Shown here one piece after another: positions 1 through 8,620 of a DNA stretch of 64,000 nucleotides (positions are counted from its first letter, which is position 1; every line of letters starts with the position of its first letter). The notes beneath the pieces were generated by a model. It searched no databases and had not been told where the DNA came from. It was given only the letters and a program-made list of their open reading frames with translations. The stretch is taken from the NCBI GenBank assembly GCA_965261885.1, contig CBDHDY010000039.1, forward strand, positions 94,623 to 158,622, in the 5' to 3' direction. The DNA is from Dehalococcoidia bacterium. Its GTDB lineage: Bacteria > Chloroflexota > Dehalococcoidia > Lucifugimonadales > UBA3495. The translations under genes and the position numbers were made by a program.

Positions 1-14
1 GTAATTGAACCCGC

Positions 15-332
15 ATGGCTCTTGGGTACCGAGAGCATGCTGCCAAGTTCACCGAAAAGAACGTCGTGCTGTTCGGAATCCATGACGGAAGCTTGGATGC
101 CGCACGCCAGTGGGTCGAGAAAGAGCAGCTTCCGTTCGCGGTCCTGAACGACCCTGGTCGACGAGTAGGCATTGAGCTGGGCATGTCCGCTATCGATGGA
201 GAGAGGTACGTCAAAGACCCGTCAGACGGGAAAAGGCCCGCAGTTGTCATTGACGAACACGGTGTGATCTGCGAGTGGGAACCCGACATGAACCACACCG
301 ATCAGATTGCAAAGTTACTGGAGCGTCTGTAG
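15..332 (+). CDS. Thioredoxin-fold peroxiredoxin (AhpC/TSA, Bcp-like) C-terminal fragment
   Basis: The translation VVLFGIHDGSLDAARQWVEKEQLPFAVLNDP...RPAVVIDEHGVI follows the Bcp/AhpC-TSA pattern downstream of the catalytic Cys. The Cys region itself is absent. An in-frame TGA at 6-8 precedes the ATG, so the gene is truncated or frameshifted at the window edge. Confidence 0.5.
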   Translation: MALGYREHAAKFTEKNVVLFGIHDGSLDAARQWVEKEQLPFAVLNDPGRRVGIELGMSAIDGERYVKDPSDGKRPAVVIDEHGVICEWEPDMNHTDQIAKLLERL

Positions 333-455
333 GACGACCTCAACGGTGCGGGCTTGTCGACTGTTGCCTTCCCTTGTGCAGCCGGCAAAACGGGATTCGG
401 CCCGGACTGTGGCTCAGCAGGCCGATGAAGAACATGTCGAGGGCGGCGAGACCCT

Positions 456-530
456 GAACTAAAGCCACGGTGGGATCTACATTTCGAGGGTCTTGAAGAC
501 TACCGAAAGGACCCTGATACTACAGCCGCA
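456..530 (+). repeat. Solo arm of the ~150-bp miniature TIR element family
   Basis: gaactaaagccacggtgggatctacatttcgaggg... aligns with 1262-1335 and with the arms at 58069-58100 and 58185-58220. No partner arm is visible nearby. Confidence 0.4.
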
Positions 531-651
531 GATCAGTAGCAGGTCTCTTCTTGATCGTCGGCGCTACCTTACCATTCCAGACCATTCCAGTTTTGGGGCT
601 GTTACAATTAGCCCCGCAACCCCAAACTAGCGAAACTTTTGGAGAGTAACC

Positions 652-1179
652 ATGGCTGTTTCCGCCGGGATATCAAATGCGCTGGAACGTAACTGGGGTA
701 TGGTAGACCGCGCCATAGACGGGCTGAGTGATGAGACCCTGGCGCGCCAGATATCCGACAGCGACAATTCCATCGGTTGGCTCCTCTTCCACATGAGCCG
801 GGTGGTGGACGTTTTCATGAATGCCAGGTTCCAAGGCAAGCCTCAGATATGGACAGAGGACGGTTGGTGCGAGAAATTCGGCCTGAGCGACGACCCGGAG
901 ACGACCGGCCAAGGCTGGGACACGGCGCGCCTGGCCGCGTGGCCGCTACCCTCCAAAGACGTCCTGGTAGGGTACTACGAGGCCATGAAGGCCTGCTGCC
1001 GGGACTATATGTCCTCCGTGACCGACGAGGAGTTGAGCGCCACCATGAGCCTGAGTCCCGGTTCGGACCCTGAGTCGAAAGAGGCCATCATGGGTGTCCT
1101 GGTCTTTGACAACGTCGTCCACGGAGGCCAGATAGCCTTTCTGCGCGGCCACTGGGAAGGCATGGGCTGGTTCGTCTAG
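652..1179 (+). CDS. DinB-family (DinB_2-like) protein
   Basis: ATG at 652 is preceded by GGAGAG. The 175-aa product has spaced His residues (LLFHMSRVVD ... VVHGGQIAFLRGH) typical of the DinB four-helix-bundle superfamily. Confidence 0.7.
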   Translation: MAVSAGISNALERNWGMVDRAIDGLSDETLARQISDSDNSIGWLLFHMSRVVDVFMNARFQGKPQIWTEDGWCEKFGLSDDPETTGQGWDTARLAAWPLPSKDVLVGYYEAMKACCRDYMSSVTDEELSATMSLSPGSDPESKEAIMGVLVFDNVVHGGQIAFLRGHWEGMGWFV

Positions 1180-1261
1180 CCCGAACGCAGGCTTCCCGGA
1201 CAATTTCTACAGGTCTACCGAGGAGCACGGCTTGAGTTCGCCGTGCTCTCCCTTAGCTAGA

Positions 1262-1418
1262 CGCTAAACCAGTACCAAGGTGGGATGTGCATTTCGGGGA
1301 GATTGACGATGATCGCAAGGACTCCACGGCACCTCATATCACCTTCAGGCCACAACTGGGTGGGCACCGATAGTGCGGTCTAGCGATATGTACATTTCAC
1401 CTTTGCTTTAGTTTAGTA
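1262..1418. mobile_element. Miniature TIR-bounded element (MITE/REP-like), copy 1
   Basis: Left arm ctaaaccagtaccaaggtgggatgtgcatttcg (1262-1297) faces an inverted arm cgatatgtacatttcacctttgctttagtttag (1386-1418). There is no ORF. The arms match those of the copy at 58069-58220. Confidence 0.55.
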
Positions 1419-3436
1419 GAGGGAAATCTTTGAAATGATGGGCAGGTGGGATGACGAGACTTCCCAGCAAAGATTCGAACGCGAAACCTCCGTCCCAGAA
1501 CTTCCCATCATTTCTACGCAGTTGGTCTACTAGAAGCCGGGCCGAAAAGCCCTGGATGGGGAGAGAGATTTCGGCAGTAAAGCCGGGGCGAACAGAATCT
1601 GGGACCACAGCAGTCCGAGCCGGACAGCGCCGGAAATGGCCGCAGCATGGGCGACCACACCGTGGGAAACAGCCTGGACATCACTGGGGACGGCACTGAG
1701 GACGGCGCGGTGGCGCGGAAGCCCACCGCCGACACTGTCCGACAGCTCGATTTTGCCCGCCACCAGGGTCAGGTTGGCCACTGTAGCCGCCAGGTACAGC
1801 TGGAATCGCGTCTTGGCGCGTCCGAAGTAGCGGGACTGGCGAATGCCCAACTGGACCAGTCGGGCCAATCTGTGCTCGACCACCACGCGTCGCGCTCAAT
1901 ATTCGTCATACCCGGCGCTCTGTTGCAACGCACGGGCCTGTTGCAGGAGAGCCTCCTGGGGATGGATCAGCACCCGCCGTCCCTTCCTGCCCTTGGCCGA
2001 GATGCACTGAGACCGCAGGGGACATGTCATACATTCGGACCCGTCGAACTGGAAGGCCTGCAAGTGGTGTATCCGACCCGCGGCATCCGTACGCCGTCCC
2101 GCTGGCACTATGGTGTGGGTGACCTGCCCTGCCGGACAGGTGCAACTGCCCGCCACCAGGTCGATGACAAAGTCATTCTTGGGAAAGCGCTGCCGGTCGG
2201 GCCGTCCCGGCACCCGGGCAATCAGGGTGCGGCCCGCGTCGGCGAAGGTCTGCCTGGTAGCTCCGTCTCCATAGGCGGCGTCGCCCATGGCCTCCTGCAC
2301 CGGCACACCGGTGTTGGCCTCGCTCTGTTCTACCAGTTCCAGCGCCCCCAGGTTGTCCGGAGCGTTGCCCGGCAGTACCTCCACGGCGGTGATCAGCTGG
2401 GTGTCGGTGTCAACCACAATCGCCGCCTTGTGTCCGTCGAAGCGTCTCCTGCTGCTCTTGTGCCCGTGGCGCATCTCAGGGTCGTGCACCGACATCATCC
2501 GGTCCTTGCTCACCCCGTCCTTGAGGCTCACGCCGTCATCGCCGTCGCCGTCGCCACCCTTGCGCTCAATGTCCTGGAGCAGCAACTGCCCCAGCAGTTC
2601 CGCCGCCGCCACTATCTGCTGACGCTCAGCACCGTCCTCGGGCAACTCCCCCTGGGCCAGCCGCGATAATTCCAAGAGCCGGTCCGCGTCTCCCACAATC
2701 CCCGCCAGCAGTGCCGTCCGCGCCCGCTTGTCCGACCAGTCGATGGTCGCCTCTCCCTTGATGCTGGAGGCGAGGTACCGCCCGTATCCCCGGGCCTTGG
2801 CCCATTTCCCGACGCTGATTCCCTCAACCTGCGCCAGCGCCCGCAGCAGCTTGACGATACCGTCGGCCAGCAGATTGAAGGTGTCCCTCACCGCGCCCCG
2901 GCCCAGGATGTTGGTCGTGTCCAGAGCCACCTTCATGCTGCGCCTCTTCAGGTAGCCCGACTCCCGGGCGAGGCGCAGGCTGGACTCGAATACCTCCCGC
3001 ACCTTGTCGTGCAGGATCAGCTGGGCCCGGAACACCTGGAGCGTGCTCTTGGCGAAGGGCCTGTCCTCCACCTCAATCCCCAGAGCCACCTTCCAGCGGA
3101 TGTCGAAGTCGGCCCGGGCCTTGGCCTCGGCGTCGCTGACCTTGTCGTGGGTCTGCAACAGCAGCGCCGTGGCCAGCAGGCTGGGCGGCACGCTGTCCCG
3201 GCCGTTGTCAGCGCAGTAGAACACCGCGAAATCGGAGTCCTGGAACAGCCGGCCCCGCAGGGAAGCCAGCAGACCGTAGAAGGTGTCCTTCCCCACATGG
3301 TCCAGGTACAACCGGTCCGCTTCCCAAAGACCCCTCTGGTCCGAACGCTCTCCCAGCATTCTCAACCCTCGCTACGCTTGTTGACCCCAATTATAAATGC
3401 TCGGCGACTCAAACCACTTTCCGGCCAGATTTCTAG
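1417..3436 (-). mobile_element. IS1182/IS5-superfamily insertion sequence (ends approximate)
   Basis: It contains the split transposase below. Weakly inverted termini are TAGAGGGAAATCT (1417) and AGATTTCTAG (3427-3436). The 12-bp direct repeat GCTTTAGTTTAG lies at 1405-1416 and again at 4645-4656, just past the nested IS5. Confidence 0.5.
1530..3365 (-). pseudogene. IS1182-type DDE transposase interrupted by a single in-frame TGA
   Basis: ORFs 1896-3365 (489 aa: DUF772-like N-terminus, Cys cluster CTCPAGQ...CMTCPLRSQC) and 1530-1886 (VVEHRLARLVQLGIRQSRYFGRAKTRFQLYLAATVANL, a typical transposase C-terminus) are in the same frame. Only a TGA at 1896-1898 separates them. Confidence 0.75.
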
Positions 3437-4640
3437 GGATATTCTGAACAAGCCTTTTTTACTCGAGACATGTCGGACGTGGCAGCGGAGGGGGCGGCGG
3501 CCGCGGTCTGGGCGCTCTTTACCGCCGCTCAGCCCCTTGCGTTTAGTCCCTGATAGGGCCTCAGGGAGCTTGGTACAGGCCGGAAGACTGGCCGGGAAGG
3601 CCGCTGGGGCGCACTACCCCCTCAGTCGTCCCTCCGCCGCCAGCAGGTTGCCCAGGCCGAACAGCAACGCCAGGCGCTCCGTGTTCTTGGCCAGCCCCCG
3701 GTAGCGCACCTTGCCGTATTCGAACAGCCGCTTCAACCGCAGGAACGGATGCTCCACTTTAGCCCTCACCGATGCCTTCGCTTTCTCCAGCAGCGCCTCA
3801 TCACTCCCAGGATCGAGTCCCCGGCGTTTCCCCGGACGCATCGCCACCCGCCAGTCCACATCCAGTCCCAGGTTCTCCTTCCGCTTGTGTACTCCCTGAT
3901 AACCTGCGTCTCCCCAGACCACTGTCTCGCCACCGTGCAGCAGGTTGTGGGCCTCCATAATGTCATGCACGTTGGCCGCAGTCGCCGTCATGCTGTGCAC
4001 TATCCCCGTCTCACAGTCCACCCCGATATGCGCCTTCATCCCGAAATGCCACTGGTTCCCCTTCTTGGTCTGGTGCATCTCAGGGTCCCTCTCCCTGGCC
4101 TGGTTCTTGGTCGATGACGGAGCTTCGATGATGGTGGCGTCCACGATGGTTCCCTCTCGCAACCTCAGCCCTTGGGAGTCCAGGTGGGCGTTGATTTCCT
4201 CCAAGAGGCCCTGCCCCAGGCTGTGGTTTTCCAACAGATGACGGAAGTGCAAAATCGTGGACTCGTCGGGCAGGGGACCGGAGAGCTTCAGTCCTGCGAA
4301 CCGCCGCACCGGCTCGGACTCGTAGAGCAGGTCCTCCATTCCGGGGTCGCTGAGGTTGTAGAAGAGCTGGACGCAGTGGACCCTGAGCATGACCGGTAGC
4401 GGGTAAGGGTGGCGGCCCTTGCCAGCCTTGGGATACACGGGGCGGATGCGGCCCTCCAAGCTCTGCCAGGGAATCAGACCGTCCATGCGCTCCAGGAAGA
4501 GTTCACGGCGGGTCTTGCGCTTCTTGCCCTGATATTCCAGGTCGGCAAAGGTGGGCTGGTCCATACAACCTCGTAACCGATCAGCATCGGGCTATTCAGC
4601 CTAACTATGCCACATGGCCGCCCACTTGTTCAGAGTATCC
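3437..4640 (-). mobile_element. IS5-family insertion sequence, complete
   Basis: Terminal inverted repeats are GGATATTCTGAACAAG (3437-3452) and CTTGTTCAGAGTATCC (4625-4640). They are flanked by a 4-bp CTAG duplication (3433-3436 and 4641-4644), the classic IS5 target. Confidence 0.9.
3614..4564 (-). CDS. IS5-family DDE transposase
   Basis: 316-aa ORF. MDQPTFADLEYQGKKRKTRRELFLERMDGLIPW...HPYPLPVMLRVHCVQLFYNLSDPGMEDLL...RYRGLAKNTERLALLFGLGNL is a canonical IS5 (DDE_Tnp_1) sequence. Confidence 0.95.
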   Translation of the reverse strand: MDQPTFADLEYQGKKRKTRRELFLERMDGLIPWQSLEGRIRPVYPKAGKGRHPYPLPVMLRVHCVQLFYNLSDPGMEDLLYESEPVRRFAGLKLSGPLPDESTILHFRHLLENHSLGQGLLEEINAHLDSQGLRLREGTIVDATIIEAPSSTKNQARERDPEMHQTKKGNQWHFGMKAHIGVDCETGIVHSMTATAANVHDIMEAHNLLHGGETVVWGDAGYQGVHKRKENLGLDVDWRVAMRPGKRRGLDPGSDEALLEKAKASVRAKVEHPFLRLKRLFEYGKVRYRGLAKNTERLALLFGLGNLLAAEGRLRG

Positions 4641-4892
4641 CTAGGCTTTAGTTTAGGGATTTATATACTTTACTTCGCATGCCCGTCAGTAAACCCGAGA
4701 ACATTACAAAAGCCCCCTGAGACCTAGAGAAAATTGCAAAACTCCCCGTTGACCTAGGCGGCGCGGGTTCCGGGCGTTGTTGGCGGAGCGGTTGCGGGAA
4801 CTCACTGGCGAATGACCAAAGGACGGGTCTCAAGTTAGCCTGATACCGCGGAAGGAAAGCACCCCATAAAGGGCCAGAGGAGCAGGGCCAAA

Positions 4893-5321
4893 ATGTTAGA
4901 GAAGGCAGACGAGGTCATCGCCATGATGCCCGGATACCTGGAACAGCTTGAATCCTTCCCGCTGTTGGAGGTAGACACCCGCGCCGAGCGAGGGCGGCTT
5001 ATCAAGCATCTGCCAGATGGGTATAGCGGCGTGTACGTCTTTGTTGAAGGGGACAAGGCGAGGTACGTGGGCCGGTCCGACGACATAAGACCCCGGATTC
5101 TCGAACAAACTTTGGAAAGTAGCGGGCCAGCGACAGCGGCTTTCGCTTCCAGAATTGCCAGTCACCACGGTTGCACATTTGAGGAATCAATGAAAAGGGT
5201 CAGGAAAATGCAAGTCCGGGCTGTGAGGATTGAGGATTGCATTGAGCAAGCCATCTTCGAGATTTACGCTTCCGTGGTGCTTGGTACTGTGCCGGAGTAC
5301 AACAACTTCTGCAACCACTGA
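4893..5321 (+). CDS. GIY-YIG nuclease-domain protein (small, stand-alone)
   Basis: 142 aa. YSGVYVFVEGDKARYVGRSDDIRPRILEQ ... IEQAIFEIYASVVLGTVPEYNN matches the GIY..YVG..R..E..N motif order. The gene sits in an AT-richer patch next to IS5. Confidence 0.55.
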   Translation: MLEKADEVIAMMPGYLEQLESFPLLEVDTRAERGRLIKHLPDGYSGVYVFVEGDKARYVGRSDDIRPRILEQTLESSGPATAAFASRIASHHGCTFEESMKRVRKMQVRAVRIEDCIEQAIFEIYASVVLGTVPEYNNFCNH

Positions 5322-5512
5322 CCAGCTAGAAAACGCGGTAGCCAACCCTGCAGTTAGAGGGACTAGCCCACAAAGTGCGCCCTAGGGTTTCGTTTGCTTG
5401 TAGGTGGTGGCCACCAGCTTTCAGCCGGTCATACTCCGCAACCTAGCGTTCCTCCTCCTTGGAAGCCTTCAGCTGTCGCCGCTCTTCATTGCACCGGTAG
5501 CAGGTGCAGGCC

Positions 5513-5530
5513 GGGGGGTGGTGCCCCCCC
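5513..5530. terminator. G6/C7 hairpin between convergent genes (possible bidirectional terminator)
   Basis: GGGGGG tggtg CCCCCCC lies between the 3' ends of 4893-5321 (+) and 5600-7567 (-). There is no clear U-tract. Confidence 0.3.
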
Positions 5531-5599
5531 GCTTGTCTCCCTTCCAACCGCCGTAATTCTGAATCTTCATCGGGGTGCTTGCTCCTCAAGGTTGCCGAT

Positions 5600-7567
5600 T
5601 CAGTCGTACCCGTTGGGACGCGGTATGCCGTAAAAGATGGAGTACTGCGAGATCACCCCAATATCGCCACCCGCAATTCCCCACAGGACCACGGTGTAGA
5701 CGCCGGGGCCATGCTTTTTCAGCACGTTGCCGAGACTCGCGGTTATGCGGAATCCGCCGTTTTCTGTCCTCCAGCTCGAAGCGGTGATCGCCTGCATCAC
5801 GGCTGTGTTTTTTTTCGTCGACCGGTTGGCGTCGTAAGCCGCCTGCCAGTGAGCGAGGGCCTGACTCGGCGACTGTGGAGCGAGAGCGTCTGGCGACACA
5901 TCGTAGGGGCTGCTGCATGGGCTATACGACGTGTTCAGCGTGTCTTTGGGGTAAGACCAACCCCCCGTTAAAGGCTCGCGTAGATAGGCGACAGGCAGAC
6001 CAAAATCATAGCAATACGTCCTCGACAACTGGCCCGGAGTGAGTGAGTGCGGAGGCGGGTCGTAAAATATCTGGACCGGAATAACGTCCTCCGTGTCGAA
6101 ACGAGGCCCGTTCTTGACCTTCCCTTCAAGCCTGAGCCTGTCCTCATCGAACTCAGGAAATGTTACATACTCCACGTAATCGCCCTCGAAATGCTGCACC
6201 GCAATGAGGTTGTACCTGTCCCACGCCAGACCGATGTTCACCCTCCTGTGGTTCTTCTCCAGTATGTTGCGGCGATGCCCAGAGCTGCCCATCCAGCCTG
6301 CCATGGTCTCCCTAATCTCGGTTTCGATACCAGAGAGCGCCGCGTACCCGTCCCTCGCCTTGATGCAGTAGTCCAATCCACTGTTGTTTTCACTGTTTGA
6401 CTGGTACCCCCCGGCCAAGGAATAGCGCATGTAGGGCTTTAGCCCGTCGCTACCCCAGTGAGACGAATAGCAGCCTTCCAGCGAGTCTTCGGCGTGTAGC
6501 TGGGCGGCGTCGTTGACACCCAGCACAACCTCGGGGAGGCCCGCCGCCCTGCGTTCGTTGTTGACCAGCCGGAGCATGTAGCCTTTCTCGTCCATATACC
6601 GCAGGTGGGGCGTCGATGGCTGAGTCGCCGTGGGTACAGGCGACTGACAAGATTCAATCAGCGGGATCGCAACCTGTGAAAAACCATGGGTTTCAAAGCT
6701 GTACTCGATATTACCAACGCCCACCTCTATGAGCCGGGCTCCACCGAGCAGGGCGTCGATGATGGCGGTGCCTGTCTCTTGGGCCGGGTACAGGTGCTGG
6801 AATCCTTCTTGACTCTCGCCGGGGACTGGTAGCCACATGGTCGTGAGAGGTACGTCGCCGTCAATAGCGTAGGCCAGATCCACCCCGAAGGACGTCGTGG
6901 GCGGAAACACCTCCTCGCCGACTATGCGCAGGGCTAATCGGGGCTGGTCCCCGTCGGTGTTGCAGTCCACGAATATGCCCCGAACCGGCACGGTTTCCAG
7001 CGGCGTTAAGACTAGCGCCTGAGAGTATCCGGCTTCGTAATCCATGACCCACTGCGGCTTGCGGGACAGCGACGGCAGCGGCACCACCGGCACCACCGGC
7101 ACCACCGTCGGAACCACGACGGTCGGCAGAGGCGATAGGGTCGGCACCACCGGGAACCGTGGCGTGGGAAGCGGCTCAAGTGTTGGCAACACCCAGGGCG
7201 TCAGTGTCGGCACTTGCGGCGGCTCGAGGGTCTGGAGCAGAAAGGGCGGTATCGTCGGCGGTGGCACCAGCGTCGGAAATGGGCGCGGGGCTGTCGGATA
7301 GATGACTTGGGGCGTAGGCGGCGGTAGAAGCCTCCGAATGGTCGCCAGCTGTGCCTGCTGCGTGGCTTGGATCTGCCACGGATTCAACGTCTGTGTGGGT
7401 GTCCGTAGGGTCGGGGACAAGGTCTGGGGCTGGGTGGTGGTCGGCGGTTGGGTGGTGGCCTCGGTGGCCGTGGGATCGGGAGGTGGGGAGCCGCTGCAGG
7501 CTAGCAGCAGCAACGGCAGAAGTAGCGTGAGGGCAAAGATTCCCAGGAAAAGTCTGGGCGTTGTCAC
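5600..7567 (-). CDS. Secreted lipoprotein with Pro/Thr-rich linker and CAP/SCP (YkwD-like) domain
   Basis: GTG start after GGAGTGA. The signal plus lipobox is MTTPRLFLGIFALTLLLPLLLLAC. A long P/T-rich spacer follows. The CAP motif string is LVNNERRAAGLPEV...HWGSDGLKPYMRY...MAGWMGSSGHRRNILEKNHRRVNIGLAWD. Confidence 0.8.
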   Translation of the reverse strand: MTTPRLFLGIFALTLLLPLLLLACSGSPPPDPTATEATTQPPTTTQPQTLSPTLRTPTQTLNPWQIQATQQAQLATIRRLLPPPTPQVIYPTAPRPFPTLVPPPTIPPFLLQTLEPPQVPTLTPWVLPTLEPLPTPRFPVVPTLSPLPTVVVPTVVPVVPVVPLPSLSRKPQWVMDYEAGYSQALVLTPLETVPVRGIFVDCNTDGDQPRLALRIVGEEVFPPTTSFGVDLAYAIDGDVPLTTMWLPVPGESQEGFQHLYPAQETGTAIIDALLGGARLIEVGVGNIEYSFETHGFSQVAIPLIESCQSPVPTATQPSTPHLRYMDEKGYMLRLVNNERRAAGLPEVVLGVNDAAQLHAEDSLEGCYSSHWGSDGLKPYMRYSLAGGYQSNSENNSGLDYCIKARDGYAALSGIETEIRETMAGWMGSSGHRRNILEKNHRRVNIGLAWDRYNLIAVQHFEGDYVEYVTFPEFDEDRLRLEGKVKNGPRFDTEDVIPVQIFYDPPPHSLTPGQLSRTYCYDFGLPVAYLREPLTGGWSYPKDTLNTSYSPCSSPYDVSPDALAPQSPSQALAHWQAAYDANRSTKKNTAVMQAITASSWRTENGGFRITASLGNVLKKHGPGVYTVVLWGIAGGDIGVISQYSIFYGIPRPNGYD

Positions 7568-7704
7568 TTCGATTCACTCCATGTGGTGATGGGTTTCGGC
7601 GTGGGTTAGGCGCGGCCGGTCGTGTTTTGCCCTTGGTGAGAAATGGGAGGATTTGGACTAGCCACGCCGGCAGCCCGTTGTCTGTCGGCGGGATCCGCAG
7701 TGGG

Positions 7705-8358
7705 TCAGTTGTCGGTGGGTTCGGGGATGAGGACGACCTGGACGTCGTGGCGGTTGAGGCCGAGTGCTTCCTGGGCGCCGAAGGCAAAGGGTGTGACGGA
7801 CTGGCCGGTGGCCTTGGCGAGCAGTGCGGCCCGATGGGTGGCGCGGTCGACGTCGCGCTGCTGGATGGTTATGGAGATCTCGGCGAGGATGTAATCGGTG
7901 GGGCCGTCGGTCGTGAGGATGAGGTCGGTCTTGTCGGTCTCGTCGGCGTCGATGGTGCCCTGCTTCTCGGCGTCGTCCAGGAGGGTTGCGAGGGCGGCTT
8001 GGTTGCGTTGGGAGGAAAACACAGTGGCGGCGATGCCCAGCTGACGGTGCAGGAACCGGCTGGCTAGACGGGCGACGTGGGACTCGTAGTCGGAGCCTTT
8101 GAGCATGCTGACGTCACCGCCCATCTTGTTCACAGTTGTCGTGAGGGTGCTGACGTTGTCTTCTATTCTGTTTACAGTTGTCGTGAGGGAGCTGAGATTG
8201 TCCTTGAGGGTGCTGACGTCTGTCTCGATGCGCTGTAGTCGGACGGGCATCTGGAGGAGCTCGTCGGTGAGGATGTGGCGACGCAGGGCCTCCCTGAGCG
8301 CGGGGTCGCGCTCCAGGGCCTCGAGTATGTCTTCGAGGGTGTTGATGGGGGTGGTCAT
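7705..8358 (-). CDS. Coiled-coil protein with possible PD-(D/E)xK-like C-terminal domain (DUF3782-like, tentative)
   Basis: The likely start is the internal ATG at 8358 (MTTPINTLEDILEAL). It has repeated heptad-like units DVSTLKDNLSSLTTTVNRIEDNVSTLTTTVNKMGGDVSML. The C-terminus TDLILTTDGPTDYILAEISITI resembles a D...E.S/K nuclease-fold core. It lies directly downstream of the Type IIG gene. Confidence 0.45.
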   Translation of the reverse strand: MTTPINTLEDILEALERDPALREALRRHILTDELLQMPVRLQRIETDVSTLKDNLSSLTTTVNRIEDNVSTLTTTVNKMGGDVSMLKGSDYESHVARLASRFLHRQLGIAATVFSSQRNQAALATLLDDAEKQGTIDADETDKTDLILTTDGPTDYILAEISITIQQRDVDRATHRAALLAKATGQSVTPFAFGAQEALGLNRHDVQVVLIPEPTDN

Positions 8359-8620
8359 TGGTGGTTCCTCGAGAAGTATTTTACAACGGGTTGGTGTTGA
8401 GGTGGAGGGCTCGGGGTAGGCCCGCGGTGGTGGCGGGTCGGAGTGACTGCATGGCAGGGGTGCCATGCAGTGTGCTATTCAGTTTGCATAGCGGGGCGTT
8501 TGTTGCCCCTGGTGGGGAACAGCAGGAAGTGGAGAGCCTCGGTGTTAGGGTTGCGCTGTCGGGGGTCTCCAGACATGGGGCTGTCTTGATTACAAAGAGG
8601 GGGACGCCGATGGAGCGGAG

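Noticed and set aside
1460-1480. TTCGAA(C/T) T-loop-like strings at ~1468 and ~33027 that could hint at tRNA genes or att sites
   Set aside because: The flanking 5-mers are not complementary (no T-stem), and no acceptor or anticodon arms could be drawn. They are probably chance matches.
1647-2669. 340-aa plus-strand ORF (and other 60-230-aa ORFs) overlapping the IS1182-type transposase
   Set aside because: It is antisense to a gene with clear transposase homology. Its composition is Arg/Gly/Pro-rich, typical of shadow frames in GC-rich DNA, and no SD is present.
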